A DNA stretch of 64,000 nt from Williopsis jadinii (Eukaryota). Under the pieces are notes generated by a model that saw only the letters and a list, made by a program, of their open reading frames with translations, did not search any database and had not been told where the DNA came from. A program made the position numbers and the translations under genes. The first letter of the stretch is position 1. Each line of letters begins with the position of its first letter. The DNA lies in assembly GCA_024346625.1 (NCBI GenBank), contig AP024664.1, positions 1,860,001-1,924,000 on the forward strand. Reading direction: 5' to 3'. Positions 23,313-33,588 of the stretch are shown piece after piece.

Positions 23313-23402
23313 GTTGGCAGCATTCCCACTTTCCACACCCTGGCCGTGGTTGTTGTTTTGTAGCTTCAGTACTCGAGTAAACACTTGCCGATACATTCAA
23401 GC

Positions 23403-25055
23403 ATGCCATACACGCCAATCGACATTAAAGCTGAACAAGAAGCCTTCGACAGAGAGGTTGCCGCCGTGGAGCAATGGTGGAAGGAACCAAGATGGAGAAA
23501 GACCAAGCGTATCTACACCGCTAAGGACATTGTCCAGAAGAGAGGTACCCTCCAGATCCACTACCCATCCTCCGACCAGGCTAAGAAGTTGTACAAGCTG
23601 TTGGAGGAGCACGACCGTAACAAGACGGCCTCCTTCACCTTTGGAGCCTTGGACCCAATCCACGTTACGCAGATGGCCAAGTACTTGGACACCGTGTACA
23701 TCTCTGGATGGCAATCATCCTCCACCGCCTCCACCTCCAACGAGCCATCTCCAGATTTGGCTGACTACCCATACGATACCGTGCCGAACAAGTGTGAGCA
23801 CTTGTGGTTTGCCCAGCTGTTCCACGACAGAAAGCAACACGAGGAGCGTTTCCGTATGACCCCAGAGGAGAGAGCCAAGACCCCATACACCGACTTCCTC
23901 CGCCCAATCATTGCTGACGCCGACACTGGTCACGGTGGTATCACCGCCATCATCAAGCTTACAAAGCTTTTCATCGAGCGTGGTGCCGCTGGTATCCACA
24001 TTGAGGATCAAGCTCCAGGTACCAAGAAGTGTGGTCACATGGCTGGTAAGGTTTTGGTGCCAATCCAGGAGCACATCAACAGATTGGTTGCCATCAGAAC
24101 CGCTGCTGATATCTTTGGCTCCGACTTGCTCTGTGTTGCCAGAACTGACTCCGAGGCTGCTACATTGTTGACCTCCACTATCGACCACAGAGACCACTAC
24201 TTCATTGTCGGTTCCACCAACAAGGACTTGCAACCATTGTCCGAGGTTATGTTCCAAGCCGAGCAAAGAGGTTTGCAAGGTGATGCCTTGGCTGCCGTTG
24301 AGGAGGACTGGACCAAGAAGGCTGGCCTCAAGCTCTTCCACGAGGCTGTCATTGATGAGATCAACTCTGGTTACTACCCAAACAAGCAGGCCTTGATTGC
24401 CGAGTTCACCTCCAAGGTTCACCCACTCTCCAACACCTCCAACAAGGAGGCCCGTGCTTTGGCTAAGAAGCTTACTGGCAAGGACATCTTCTTCGACTGG
24501 GAGGCACCAAGAGTCAGAGAAGGTTACTACCGTTACCAAGGTGGTACCCAATGTGCTGTTAACAGAGCCCGTGCTTACGCTCCATACGCTGATATCATCT
24601 GGATGGAGTCCAAGTTGCCAGACTACGCCCAGGCTAAGGAGTTTGCCGATGGTGTCAAGGCCCAATGGCCAGAACAATGGTTGTCTTACAACTTGTCCCC
24701 ATCTTTCAACTGGAACAAGGCCATGTCTGTCGCTGACCAGGAGACCTACATCCAAAAGTTGGCTAAGCTCGGGTACGTCTGGCAATTCATCACCTTGGCT
24801 GGTTTGCACACCACTGCTTTGGCTGTGGACAACTTTGCCCGTGATTACGCTAAGATTGGTATGAGAGCCTACGGTCAACAGATCCAAGCTCCAGAAATCG
24901 AGAACGGTGTTGAGGTTGTCAAGCACCAGAAGTGGTCTGGTGCCGAGTACATTGACAACTTGCTGAAGTTGGTCACTGGTGGTGTCACCTCCACTGCTGC
25001 CATGGGTAAGGGTGTCACTGAGGACCAATTCAAGGATGACAAGTCCAAGTTGTAA
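23403..25055 (+). CDS. ICL1: Isocitrate lyase with C-terminal PTS1 (-SKL)
   Basis: ATG at 23403 (MPYTPID). Catalytic signature [17 protein letters not shown], strong highly-expressed codon bias, ends in SKL. Confidence 0.97.
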   Translation: MPYTPIDIKAEQEAFDREVAAVEQWWKEPRWRKTKRIYTAKDIVQKRGTLQIHYPSSDQAKKLYKLLEEHDRNKTASFTFGALDPIHVTQMAKYLDTVYISGWQSSSTASTSNEPSPDLADYPYDTVPNKCEHLWFAQLFHDRKQHEERFRMTPEERAKTPYTDFLRPIIADADTGHGGITAIIKLTKLFIERGAAGIHIEDQAPGTKKCGHMAGKVLVPIQEHINRLVAIRTAADIFGSDLLCVARTDSEAATLLTSTIDHRDHYFIVGSTNKDLQPLSEVMFQAEQRGLQGDALAAVEEDWTKKAGLKLFHEAVIDEINSGYYPNKQALIAEFTSKVHPLSNTSNKEARALAKKLTGKDIFFDWEAPRVREGYYRYQGGTQCAVNRARAYAPYADIIWMESKLPDYAQAKEFADGVKAQWPEQWLSYNLSPSFNWNKAMSVADQETYIQKLAKLGYVWQFITLAGLHTTALAVDNFARDYAKIGMRAYGQQIQAPEIENGVEVVKHQKWSGAEYIDNLLKLVTGGVTSTAAMGKGVTEDQFKDDKSKL

Positions 25056-25702
25056 TTAGAATAGCCCTTATAGGATCTTACTAATTTATATATTCATGAG
25101 TTTTGCTTTGGCTGGATTTGTAGTTGGAAACGGCTTGGATGAGATGACTACACTTGAGTGTCATCTCAGCTGGTGTGATACTCGATCTTTGGCTCACAGT
25201 TTCGGGTCTATTGCTGGATTCATCGAATTGTCAAGATTCGAGTTTTCTATAGAGGCTTTAAAGGCACTCTTTGAACCATTGTGCTTCGTCTCTTTCAAGT
25301 TGTTGTGAAGTAACCCTCTTATCTCATATTTCCCACATCATATTGCTTTAAGAACCATCTTGCTGCCATTGTCTACAAGCTCAGCTAGCTCAGCCTGAGC
25401 TGGTAACGAGTCCTCAGTCGATTTATGGGAGCCTTCCCACACCACAGCCATCGCCGCGAAGAGCGTTGGCTCTGAAGGACGGTGGCGCTGAAGGACGGAC
25501 GGACTTAGGCGGGGCGATTCCTGTTTACAGAACCTGCGCTTGAGGCCTGCGCTTCACCAGCGCAAGCTCGTACAGCAAATGACACACAGACCGGCAGCGG
25601 TGATAGCTGTTTGGCGATATATATACGCCGTCATGGAAACATTGCCCAAGTCTTTTGTCCACTACTGAAAGAGTGATTTCATTGAGATCTGCTGGAACAA
25701 TT

Positions 25703-27151
25703 ATGTTGACTGAGGTGAAGAAAGCCGTCTGGAGGGAGAGCACGAAGGCCTTCAAGTCCACTGCAGCCACAGGCTTCTCACTGGAGCTGGAGGCTATCAC
25801 CACGGCACATGAGCAGGCTGGCACGACGTCTTCAAGCGGGATCAGAGAACATGCACTTGGCTCTGATGGTGATGATGAGACCATTCTCATTGATGAGACC
25901 CACCTGGACTTCCCGGAAGGTGGCACCCCGGCTTATCTAACAGTGTTTGGTTCGTTCATGGGATTGATACCTGCCTTTGGAATGGTCAACTCAGTTGGTG
26001 CCATAGAGGCGTACGTCTCAAATCACCAGTTGAAAGATGTTTCAACGTCAACTGTTTCCTGGATCTTCTCCATATATACCTTCATTGCGTTCTCATCCTG
26101 TATCTTCTCGGGAACGTTCTTCGACAGATCTGGCGCGTTCAAACCAATGCTCATAGGTTCAATCACGTTCTGCGGCGGAATGCTAGCAACCGCTAACTGT
26201 ACCAGAGTGTACCAGTTCATCCTGGCATTTGGTGTACTTGTTGGCTTCGGTACAGGGATGCTTATGTCTCCTTTGGTTGGTGCGGTCTCACACTTCTTCT
26301 ACAAGAAGCGTGCCACTGCCACAAGCATTGCTACAACCGGGGGATCCCTCGGAGGCATCATCATGCCATTGATGCTCAGAAAGATGTACAGCACAGTGGG
26401 ATTCATATGGGCATTGAGAGCATTGACCTTGTTCTGTGCATGCTGCCTTGTTCTGGCACTGATCTTCACAAAGGAGAGGCTCCATCGTGAAGACAATTCC
26501 AAGATCGACTCTTGGAAGGGCTTCTTTAAGGTGTACTTTGTCGATGCCTTCGACTATAAGTCCTTATCTGAGTTGAAGTTTATGTCGTGTGCAATTGGCG
26601 TTGCATTCGCAGAAGGCTCACTGGTTGTTGTTCTGATCTATCTCCCTTCGTATGCCATTATGCAAGGGAACTCTGAACAGACTTCGTTTCTGCTCATCAT
26701 TGTGTCGAACACTTGTGCTATCCTGGGAAGATACATTCCAGGTATCGCAGCAGATCGTTTGGGCAGATTCAACGTTGTGATTTTAACGGTGTCCATGTGT
26801 GCTCTCATATCGTTAGTGCTATGGCTACCGTTCGGAAAGAGCTTGAAAGTCCTTTACGCATTTTCCGGTTTGTATGGCTTCTTCTCTGGGTCGATTCTAT
26901 CGCTGTCACCTGTGTGCTGTGGACAAATCTCTCGGACTGAAGAGTTTGGAAAGCGTTATTCAACAATGTACCTCATCTCCTCCTTCACCATGCTTACACT
27001 AATCCCCATCGCAGGAACGGTGATTGGCGAAGGTGCACAGAGGAACTACAACAACTTTATTGGGTTCTCCGTCGCCTTGTTAGGGCTCGCGATAATGAGT
27101 TATATCGTCTGCCGACACGCATGTGTCGGTTGGAGACTGTGCAAGTTCTAG
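25703..27151 (+). CDS. MFS monocarboxylate-permease-like transporter (Mch4/Mch5 family)
   Basis: ATG at 25703, TATA-like run at about 25617-25625. DFPEGG...AYLTVFGSF start motif, about 12 TM segments, GRYIPGIAADRLGRFN MFS motif A. Confidence 0.85.
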   Translation: MLTEVKKAVWRESTKAFKSTAATGFSLELEAITTAHEQAGTTSSSGIREHALGSDGDDETILIDETHLDFPEGGTPAYLTVFGSFMGLIPAFGMVNSVGAIEAYVSNHQLKDVSTSTVSWIFSIYTFIAFSSCIFSGTFFDRSGAFKPMLIGSITFCGGMLATANCTRVYQFILAFGVLVGFGTGMLMSPLVGAVSHFFYKKRATATSIATTGGSLGGIIMPLMLRKMYSTVGFIWALRALTLFCACCLVLALIFTKERLHREDNSKIDSWKGFFKVYFVDAFDYKSLSELKFMSCAIGVAFAEGSLVVVLIYLPSYAIMQGNSEQTSFLLIIVSNTCAILGRYIPGIAADRLGRFNVVILTVSMCALISLVLWLPFGKSLKVLYAFSGLYGFFSGSILSLSPVCCGQISRTEEFGKRYSTMYLISSFTMLTLIPIAGTVIGEGAQRNYNNFIGFSVALLGLAIMSYIVCRHACVGWRLCKF

Positions 27152-27886
27152 TCTGTTTGATAGTAATCCAATGTGTACAACTTCGCGGGAACATACTCCA
27201 TAACTTAGCTCAATACTTTACACCATAGATGTGCACTGTAACTGCATACAGCTCTGCGCAACACAGCTTTGAATATCACAATTTTAAACCACAGAGTGAA
27301 ACTTCACTCATGTTCATTTAAAAAAGGGGGTGACTTGTCAGATTGCCATTTGCGCCCACCCATATGGCACCATCCCGAAGGAAGAGTAGCACACAGGGTA
27401 GAGATCATCGCTCCTTTTTAAAACAAGTCAGAGAACAACTCCCAACCACCCAGGGGTGGATAAGGAGGACTTCAGAGCCAAGTCGTAGGAAAAAAGGCAA
27501 AACAGAAATAGATGACCAAACAGCTAGTGTTATGGACAAGCTAAATACTAGTCTCACTCTAGGGCACAAAGGCTGCAGCTCATCAACCAAGTTGGATTCA
27601 GTGGCTCTTTAGAAGAGTCAAAGAGGGACGTAAACTATAGAAATGATCCTACTGCGGAGGGCGTTAGTAAACCTGCTTCACGGACAGAGCTTCTTCACTC
27701 GAATGGAGCAAGCTTATAGGGCAAACACATACTGAAGTACGTCGACAAAGAAAAGAAAAAGGGATTAAAATGTTAGAAAAGAAAGTGGAATCCAGTGGCC
27801 TTTTATAGTTTTTGGGAGCCGCTGTCCCTCGACGGCGGGTCGTGCGCGGTCGCTAAAAAAAACTTTTCAGCCTGCATGAATTTTTG

Positions 27887-27923
27887 TTAGGGCTTTTCGT
27901 CTTAGGGCTGCACAGTGCTAGGG
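27887..27923 (+). promoter_or_regulatory. Cluster of Tbf1-type sites (TTAGGGCT x2, CTAGGG) in the RPL33 promoter
   Basis: TTAGGGCT at 27887-27894 and 27902-27909, CTAGGG at 27918-27923. Confidence 0.6.
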
Positions 27924-28005
27924 TCATGTGCACTGGAGCAGGGCTCCGTGCCCTGTCGCCGTTCTTTTTCCGCAAGTCACACTTTCCAAAAAATTTTCAC
28001 GGAAA

Positions 28006-28085
28006 ATGTCCGGGTGTGCAAAATTGCTACACGCCACACGAAAATTCTCCCCAGCACGCTGCAAAAAGGTGAAACACCCGCACAT
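28006..28085. promoter_or_regulatory. Two Rap1-type sites (RPG boxes) in the RPL33 promoter
   Basis: ACACCCGGACAT (minus, 28006-28017) and ACACCCGCACAT (plus, 28074-28085), compared with consensus ACACCCRYACAY. Confidence 0.7.
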
Positions 28086-28237
28086 CCCCCATAGTTAAGA
28101 GAATATTGTTACGGCCCGCAGCCGCCAACCGTGCGTGGAGGAGGCACCGACTCTTTTTCATCAACTTCAACACAAACTCTTCACAGAGTGTACAACGCCA
28201 TCTCTTTATACTATCAACACATAGACAAGAAGTAACA

Positions 28238-29067
28238 ATGGCCGAATCCCACAGATGTATGTACTGCTTGAAGGTGATAGGAATGGATGTGATGAGAGAG
28301 GTTTCTCGTCAATGGACGGGAGTTTCATCCCCCTGGTGGTTGTTGATTTCATAGCGTTGAAGATGTGTATACCAGTTGGGCCAGAATGAGTTGAAGGGGG
28401 GACGTGAAACCAGTGCGACGTTCCCAGAGCAGGAGGACACTGATGAGTGCAACAGTAAGAAGTCACGTAACTGGTGGCGCGTTCATCCATGAGCTGGAGC
28501 CCTCGCTGTAATGAACTTCGAGTGGAAGGAGCAGGACTGATGAATACGGCGGCGAGGACAGAAACAGCGAAGCTTGCACATTACAACTGCTATAACACAC
28601 TAGAAAGCATTTTAACAATGACACTGGTGGACGCTACAACTGGCTTTAACGATCCGACCCACTCCATTCATGCTTAAACCTCTCTAAGCATCACACTCCA
28701 TGATTTTCACCTAGCGTTGATTCAAAGCTCCGACGACAAATACTAACAACCATCCGCTATAGTGTACGTGAAGGGTAAACACGTTTCTTACCAAAGATCC
28801 AAGTCTGTTACCAACCCAAACATCTCCTTGGTTAAGATTGAGGGTGTCTCCACTCCAGAGGAGGCCAAGTTCTACCTTGGTAAGCGTGTTGCTTACGTCT
28901 ACAGAGCTTCTAAGGAGATTAGAGGTTCCAAGATCAGAGTCATCTGGGGTAAGATCACCAGAACTCACGGTTCTTCTGGTACCGTCAGAGCAAACTTCAA
29001 GTCCAACTTGCCAGCTAAGACCTTCGGTGCCTCTGTCAGAATCTTCTTGTACCCATCCAACATCTAA
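28238..29067 (+). CDS. RPL33: 60S ribosomal protein eL33 (L35Ae). Exon 1 28238-28256, intron 28257-28762, exon 2 28763-29067
   Basis: Spliced product [20 protein letters not shown]...RIFLYPSNI. 5'SS GTATGT, branch point TACTAAC 28741-28747, 3'SS TAG ending at 28762. Confidence 0.97.
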
Positions 29068-29395
29068 GTGTGCATGAAAATAATCGTTTATGTTAAAATA
29101 TAATGGTTTTTGTTTTAGTTTGGGAAAGAGAAAGAAATAATGTGTCAAATTACACTCCTCTGTAGCTGTGCCGTGTAGGTTGGCTTTGGTATGGCCATGT
29201 TCTAACCAATTCACAGTGTAAATGAGTTTTACTCGTACTGTTGAGCCATCATATTATAATAGTAGAACGGTCTCGGAATTACAATCGGAATTTTTCACTC
29301 CAGGCCTGTATCCACACAGTAACACAACAGAAAAAGGAGCAAATCACCCAAACACGGTGGATTATACCTTCTCTATCTCTCTTGAACCGCTGAGG

Positions 29396-30451
29396 ATGGG
29401 ATTCGTGAGGCCAGCAAAGTCCAAGAAAAGGCTCAGAACGCCATCCAGTAGGCCGTCTAAGCGTCAGAAGAAAGACGGAGCAGCTTCAACGTCATCATCA
29501 GAATGCCCATCAGCTACCTCATCACGTCCTACAACCCCAGCACAGGGTGTCACGGTCGAGGTGCCCACAGGCTCGATCCTTGAAAGGCTCCCTGTTGAGA
29601 TTCTACAGGAAGTGTTCGTATTCTCTGGTGTTTCAAGCTTGCCACTGACTTGTAAGTCCATCAACAGGTCTTTAAGGCCATCACATTCTCTACGACTGGC
29701 CATGTTGAAAACCTTTGTGTATGATCTCAACTGCAAAGTACGAACTGATGCCTACAAGACGGCATTTGCACTTGATAGAGACTGTCTACAGTACAAGTTT
29801 GTGAATAGCAAAGTCCTCAAAGAGATCAACTTTGACATTGTATTGCCGATGCGCTCCATCGTTGCAGAGTCAAAGAATAGGCTCATGCTCCATTACGATA
29901 GTTTGAACAAGAGGCTCCTAGAGACGCTCTATTTGAACAATGCAGATGCTGACGAGATCAACAGAGAGTTGGCTCGAATGACGGAGGAGAGGTCTTCCAT
30001 GGATGACATTCAGACCGAAGATTTACCCTCTGCTGAAGAATTTGAGGACTATCCAGAGAGGTTCTATACGCACTTCTCTCAAAACCACATTGAAATGGCT
30101 GAGACGCTGTACAACACAGGCATGAGGTTTAAGGTGAGTGGCAAGGTGATGTCGATGGCTATAAGCGAACACTGTGACGTGGAGACGTTATCAAGGATAC
30201 TGAAATGTACAGAGACCGGCACCATAACCTCTGTGGAGCCTGTTATCAGTGCCTTTGCAAACGACGATCTTGCAACAGTTGAGTGGTTGTTGGAAATGAA
30301 AGCTCATGATACTGATCTCATCAACAATGATGACTTGTGGATATGGATAGGTCAAAAGAAACGTACCAAGTTCCTCAAGTTTCTAACAGATAAAGGTGCA
30401 AATCCTAGTCATGGCATCATCGGTGCCATATCAAACAATTTGCACGGTTAG
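29396..30451 (+). CDS. Uncharacterised protein with basic NLS-like N-terminus and F-box-like motif (alternative ATG at 29222)
   Basis: Long ORF. KSKKRLR and KRQKK basic clusters, SILERLPVEILQEVFVFS...LPLTCKSI resembles an F-box, helical C-terminus ending FLTDKGANP (ankyrin-like). Confidence 0.7.
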   Translation: MGFVRPAKSKKRLRTPSSRPSKRQKKDGAASTSSSECPSATSSRPTTPAQGVTVEVPTGSILERLPVEILQEVFVFSGVSSLPLTCKSINRSLRPSHSLRLAMLKTFVYDLNCKVRTDAYKTAFALDRDCLQYKFVNSKVLKEINFDIVLPMRSIVAESKNRLMLHYDSLNKRLLETLYLNNADADEINRELARMTEERSSMDDIQTEDLPSAEEFEDYPERFYTHFSQNHIEMAETLYNTGMRFKVSGKVMSMAISEHCDVETLSRILKCTETGTITSVEPVISAFANDDLATVEWLLEMKAHDTDLINNDDLWIWIGQKKRTKFLKFLTDKGANPSHGIIGAISNNLHG

Positions 30452-30583
30452 TTCTTGATCTAATACACCAAATGGGTGTATAACACTACACTCTTGGACT
30501 GACAACTATGAATCACTGTTAAAAATCCACTGATAATGTTGTTTTTCTCCTTGACTCCATTATACATTATATAGAGAGGAATT

Positions 30584-31700
30584 TCAAAAGTACTGTTGCT
30601 GCTGTTGCTGAGGATGTTGTGGGTATGTCTGCTGCTGCTGTTGATGTTGTAGATCAGGCTGTTGTTGTGGAACTCCTTGCAAGTTGTATTCCTGGAACCA
30701 GGGGTGTTGTAACGCCTGTGAAGCACTGATTCTGTTCTCTGGTTTCATCTGTAAGAGTCCGTTGAGCAGGTTCAAAGCTAATGGATCGATATTAGGGATT
30801 ATACTGCGTAGGTCTTGAGGAATGTAAACGTCAAAGTTCGGTCTATAGTTTGGTAGACGTGATACCCCTGGCCATGTACGTTCGTTTGGAGTGCCCATGA
30901 CTTTGAAGATCTTCATGAGCTGATCTTCGTTCGAGGAACCAGGGAATAACGGACGTCCTATGAACATCTCTGCCAGTATGCAACCGGCAGACCACATATC
31001 AATGGAGGTGGAGTAGTTTCTGGAGCCCATCAGGACATCCGGCGCACGGTACCATAGCGTCACAACTTCAGATGAGAACGTGTTCACCGGGATCCCAAAA
31101 GCCCTGGCCAACCCGAAATCACCAATCTTCAGCTCTCCCTTAGAATTCGTCAACAGATTCTGAGGTTTGAGATCACGATGTAGCACCCTGTTCTGGTGGC
31201 AGAAGTCTATGCCCTTGAGCAACTGGTACATAAAGCTCTTCACCACCGCGGGCTCCAGCGCACCGTTATTGCCGTGGATATCCATGTACTTCTTCAGATC
31301 CCTATCGAGGTACTCAAACACAAGCGTCAGCTTGTTCTCAGTATGGATAACATCGTACAGGTTGATGATGTTTGGGTGCTTCAGGTCCTTCATCAGCGAG
31401 ATCTCCCTGATTGCTGTTGACGGCGTACCTTCCTCCGAGTCCAGGTTAATCTCCTTCAGCGCAACAAGCGTACCTGTCGCACGGTTACGTCCCTTGTACA
31501 CCGTGGCGTACGTACCCTCTCCGAGCTTCTCCAGCTGCTGGAACCTATGTTTCAACGACGTGTCAGTGGGAAATCGCCACGCAGTGTTATCATCTGATCG
31601 CACATGGCTCACGGTGTGAGATACACACAGCCAATGCCCTACTGCAGATGTAAAAAGAATACAAATCTTGTCTAACTCACTGTGATGACTGTGCTGACAT
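30584..31700 (-). CDS. PHO85: Cyclin-dependent kinase Pho85. Exon 1 31700-31681, intron 31680-31545, exon 2 31544-30584
   Basis: Spliced N-terminus [43 protein letters not shown]. 5'SS GTGAGT, branch CACTGAC (31568-31562), 3'SS TAG. Q-rich tail. Confidence 0.95.
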
Positions 31701-31895
31701 TGCTCTACTGGGTCTTCTCCTCTTGAATCAACACGAACGTGCTCTGTTTGAAGCAATTGACACCGGCAGAGGATGTTGTTGTTGTTGGAAAGCTGGCACT
31801 GAGGAAGAATTCAAGGCGAGCTCGTGGGGCCCAGCCTCTTTTTCCCCGGGGAGGAAACGGCCCAAAGCGGAAGTTTTCCTGATGCGGGAGGCGCG

Positions 31896-31998
31896 CTGCT
31901 TATGTAATGCGATGGTGTCCGGGTGTGTAATATTCTGCTTATGTAAGCGTACTTTTTTGTGTCGATGTATTTGGTGTCCGGGTGTGGTGTCCGGGTGT
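31896..31998. promoter_or_regulatory. Repeated motif cluster in the PHO85/BRL1 divergent promoter: GGTGTCCGGGTGT x3 and CTGCTTATGTAA x2
   Basis: 13-mer at 31914-31926, 31973-31985, 31986-31998; 12-mer at 31896-31907, 31935-31946. Confidence 0.75.
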
Positions 31999-32105
31999 GG
32001 GATCAACCACCATTGTAAACAAACCCACTGTTCAATGCCAGTGTTTACAACAGAGCCCAAGTGGTTCGACAAGGTTGGACTGTGGGTGCTTTCCAGTGAC
32101 AAAGT

Positions 32106-33524
32106 ATGGCATTTGGTGACAAGGAGCTCTCGCTGGGGTCGGATCAGCAGCGACTGCGAAGTACATTTGAGCAGAACATCACAGAGCTGTCTCTAAAGGA
32201 TGAGGTTGAAGAAGTAGCTGGTGATGATGGTGATGTTGAGATGGAGGACGTGGCATTCATGTCTACGCCCACGAGCTCGAGGTTCAAGAGCAGCCTGTAC
32301 CATCCAAGGGTCTCGTCGCCGTTGCGGAACGAGTCTGATCGAGGTGCTGGGGACGACGATGGTGATGTTGATCTGGATGTTGATGTTGATCTCAACCTCG
32401 ATGTGAACGTGGAAGACGCTGATACAAGCGTAAACAGCTTAACCAGGTCAGTGTCTCTAATGTTCTCTCCAACAGCTCTTGGTGCCCAAGTGGCGACGCA
32501 AGGGTCCCCGGTGCTGAGAAGAGTGAACTTGGCTGAACAACTGCAACAGTGTGAATCTGATGATTCGGGACTGGACTCTACGACTAGTGACATAAGTGAT
32601 GCTTCGAGCATGGGAAGCCCCGCGTCAGTGTCCTCAAACCTGAGACATAGAGCTCACAAACCGAAGACTGCGTCAAAGCTATCGCAGTACGTTACGAACT
32701 CCTCAGATGAACAAACCACAACATTCGACGAATCATCAGACTCTCTTGAAGACTCCAGCGCCGGAGACATGATGATCTCTTCGCCGACAAAGTATCAGAC
32801 GCCAATGGTTCAGACTCCATGGGGACAACAGCCGATACAATTCCAAATGCACCATCACCATTACTATCCATCGCCTTCAAGGGATGACTCTTCAATCTCT
32901 AATGAGGGACAAGAGGTTGTGTTGCCAGCTCCGTGGTCCAAGTTTGCCTCCCCTAAGGCTCCAGCACCATATATCATCTCTTCTTATTTGCAACTCATGT
33001 TCAACGCTTTAACATCAGCAGTTGTCATATACGTGCTGATGATGGCCATAACAACGATAAAGAACGATATCAACAACAAGATGGAAGAATACGCCACAGA
33101 GATTGCCTTGGAGGTTCAGAGATGCACAAGATCCTATCTGGAGAACAAATGTTCACCGGAAACTAGAGTAAGTGCACTGGAGCAGCTGTGCACAGAATGG
33201 GAAAGATGTATGAATCGTGATCCGAGAGCGTTGGCCAATAAGGCTGCAGTTAGCGCAGAGACCTTGGGAATCATTGTCAATTCGTTGATCGAACCTATTG
33301 GTGTCAAGGCCATCATTGTGGTTGGTTTATTGCTCTCAGGTTGGGTCTTCACGAGTAATTTTGTATTTGGATTCCTCAGGGCAAAGTCGTACTATGGTTG
33401 GCAGAATGGGAATCAACAGCAATTGGCAATGCCACAACAGATGCAAACACCTTCTAATGGGAACTTACAAGGTTATACGTATCAGTCATTGACTCCGAGT
33501 TCAAATCAACTACAACTGCAATAA
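32106..33524 (+). CDS. BRL1: Nuclear envelope protein of the Brr6/Brl1 family
   Basis: Two TM segments flanking the four-cysteine luminal domain (CTRSYLENKC...LCTEWERCMNRDP). Length and disordered N-terminus fit Brl1 rather than the short Brr6. Confidence 0.85.
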   Translation: MAFGDKELSLGSDQQRLRSTFEQNITELSLKDEVEEVAGDDGDVEMEDVAFMSTPTSSRFKSSLYHPRVSSPLRNESDRGAGDDDGDVDLDVDVDLNLDVNVEDADTSVNSLTRSVSLMFSPTALGAQVATQGSPVLRRVNLAEQLQQCESDDSGLDSTTSDISDASSMGSPASVSSNLRHRAHKPKTASKLSQYVTNSSDEQTTTFDESSDSLEDSSAGDMMISSPTKYQTPMVQTPWGQQPIQFQMHHHHYYPSPSRDDSSISNEGQEVVLPAPWSKFASPKAPAPYIISSYLQLMFNALTSAVVIYVLMMAITTIKNDINNKMEEYATEIALEVQRCTRSYLENKCSPETRVSALEQLCTEWERCMNRDPRALANKAAVSAETLGIIVNSLIEPIGVKAIIVVGLLLSGWVFTSNFVFGFLRAKSYYGWQNGNQQQLAMPQQMQTPSNGNLQGYTYQSLTPSSNQLQLQ

Positions 33525-33588
33525 AATGACCATATGATTCTTATTTTCTCTTTCGTACAAATAACCGCAAGTCTAAGCCGTTCTATCA

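Noticed and set aside
23715..25028. 437-aa antisense ORF under ICL1
   Set aside because: Mirror frame of a highly codon-biased gene. Avoidance of TTA/CTA/TCA removes antisense stops. No domain is recognisable.
25140..25168. 9-bp inverted repeat TGAGATGAC...GTCATCTCA downstream of ICL1
   Set aside because: A single short hairpin of chance-level size. Intrinsic terminators are not a Pol II mechanism.
31701..31756. ORF-track N-terminal extension of PHO85 (and similar non-ATG extensions of SEC2, ICL1, THO1, INO4, MSC7, DBF4)
   Set aside because: Artefacts of allowing bacterial TTG/GTG starts. Eukaryotic ATGs or spliced exons give the conserved N-termini.
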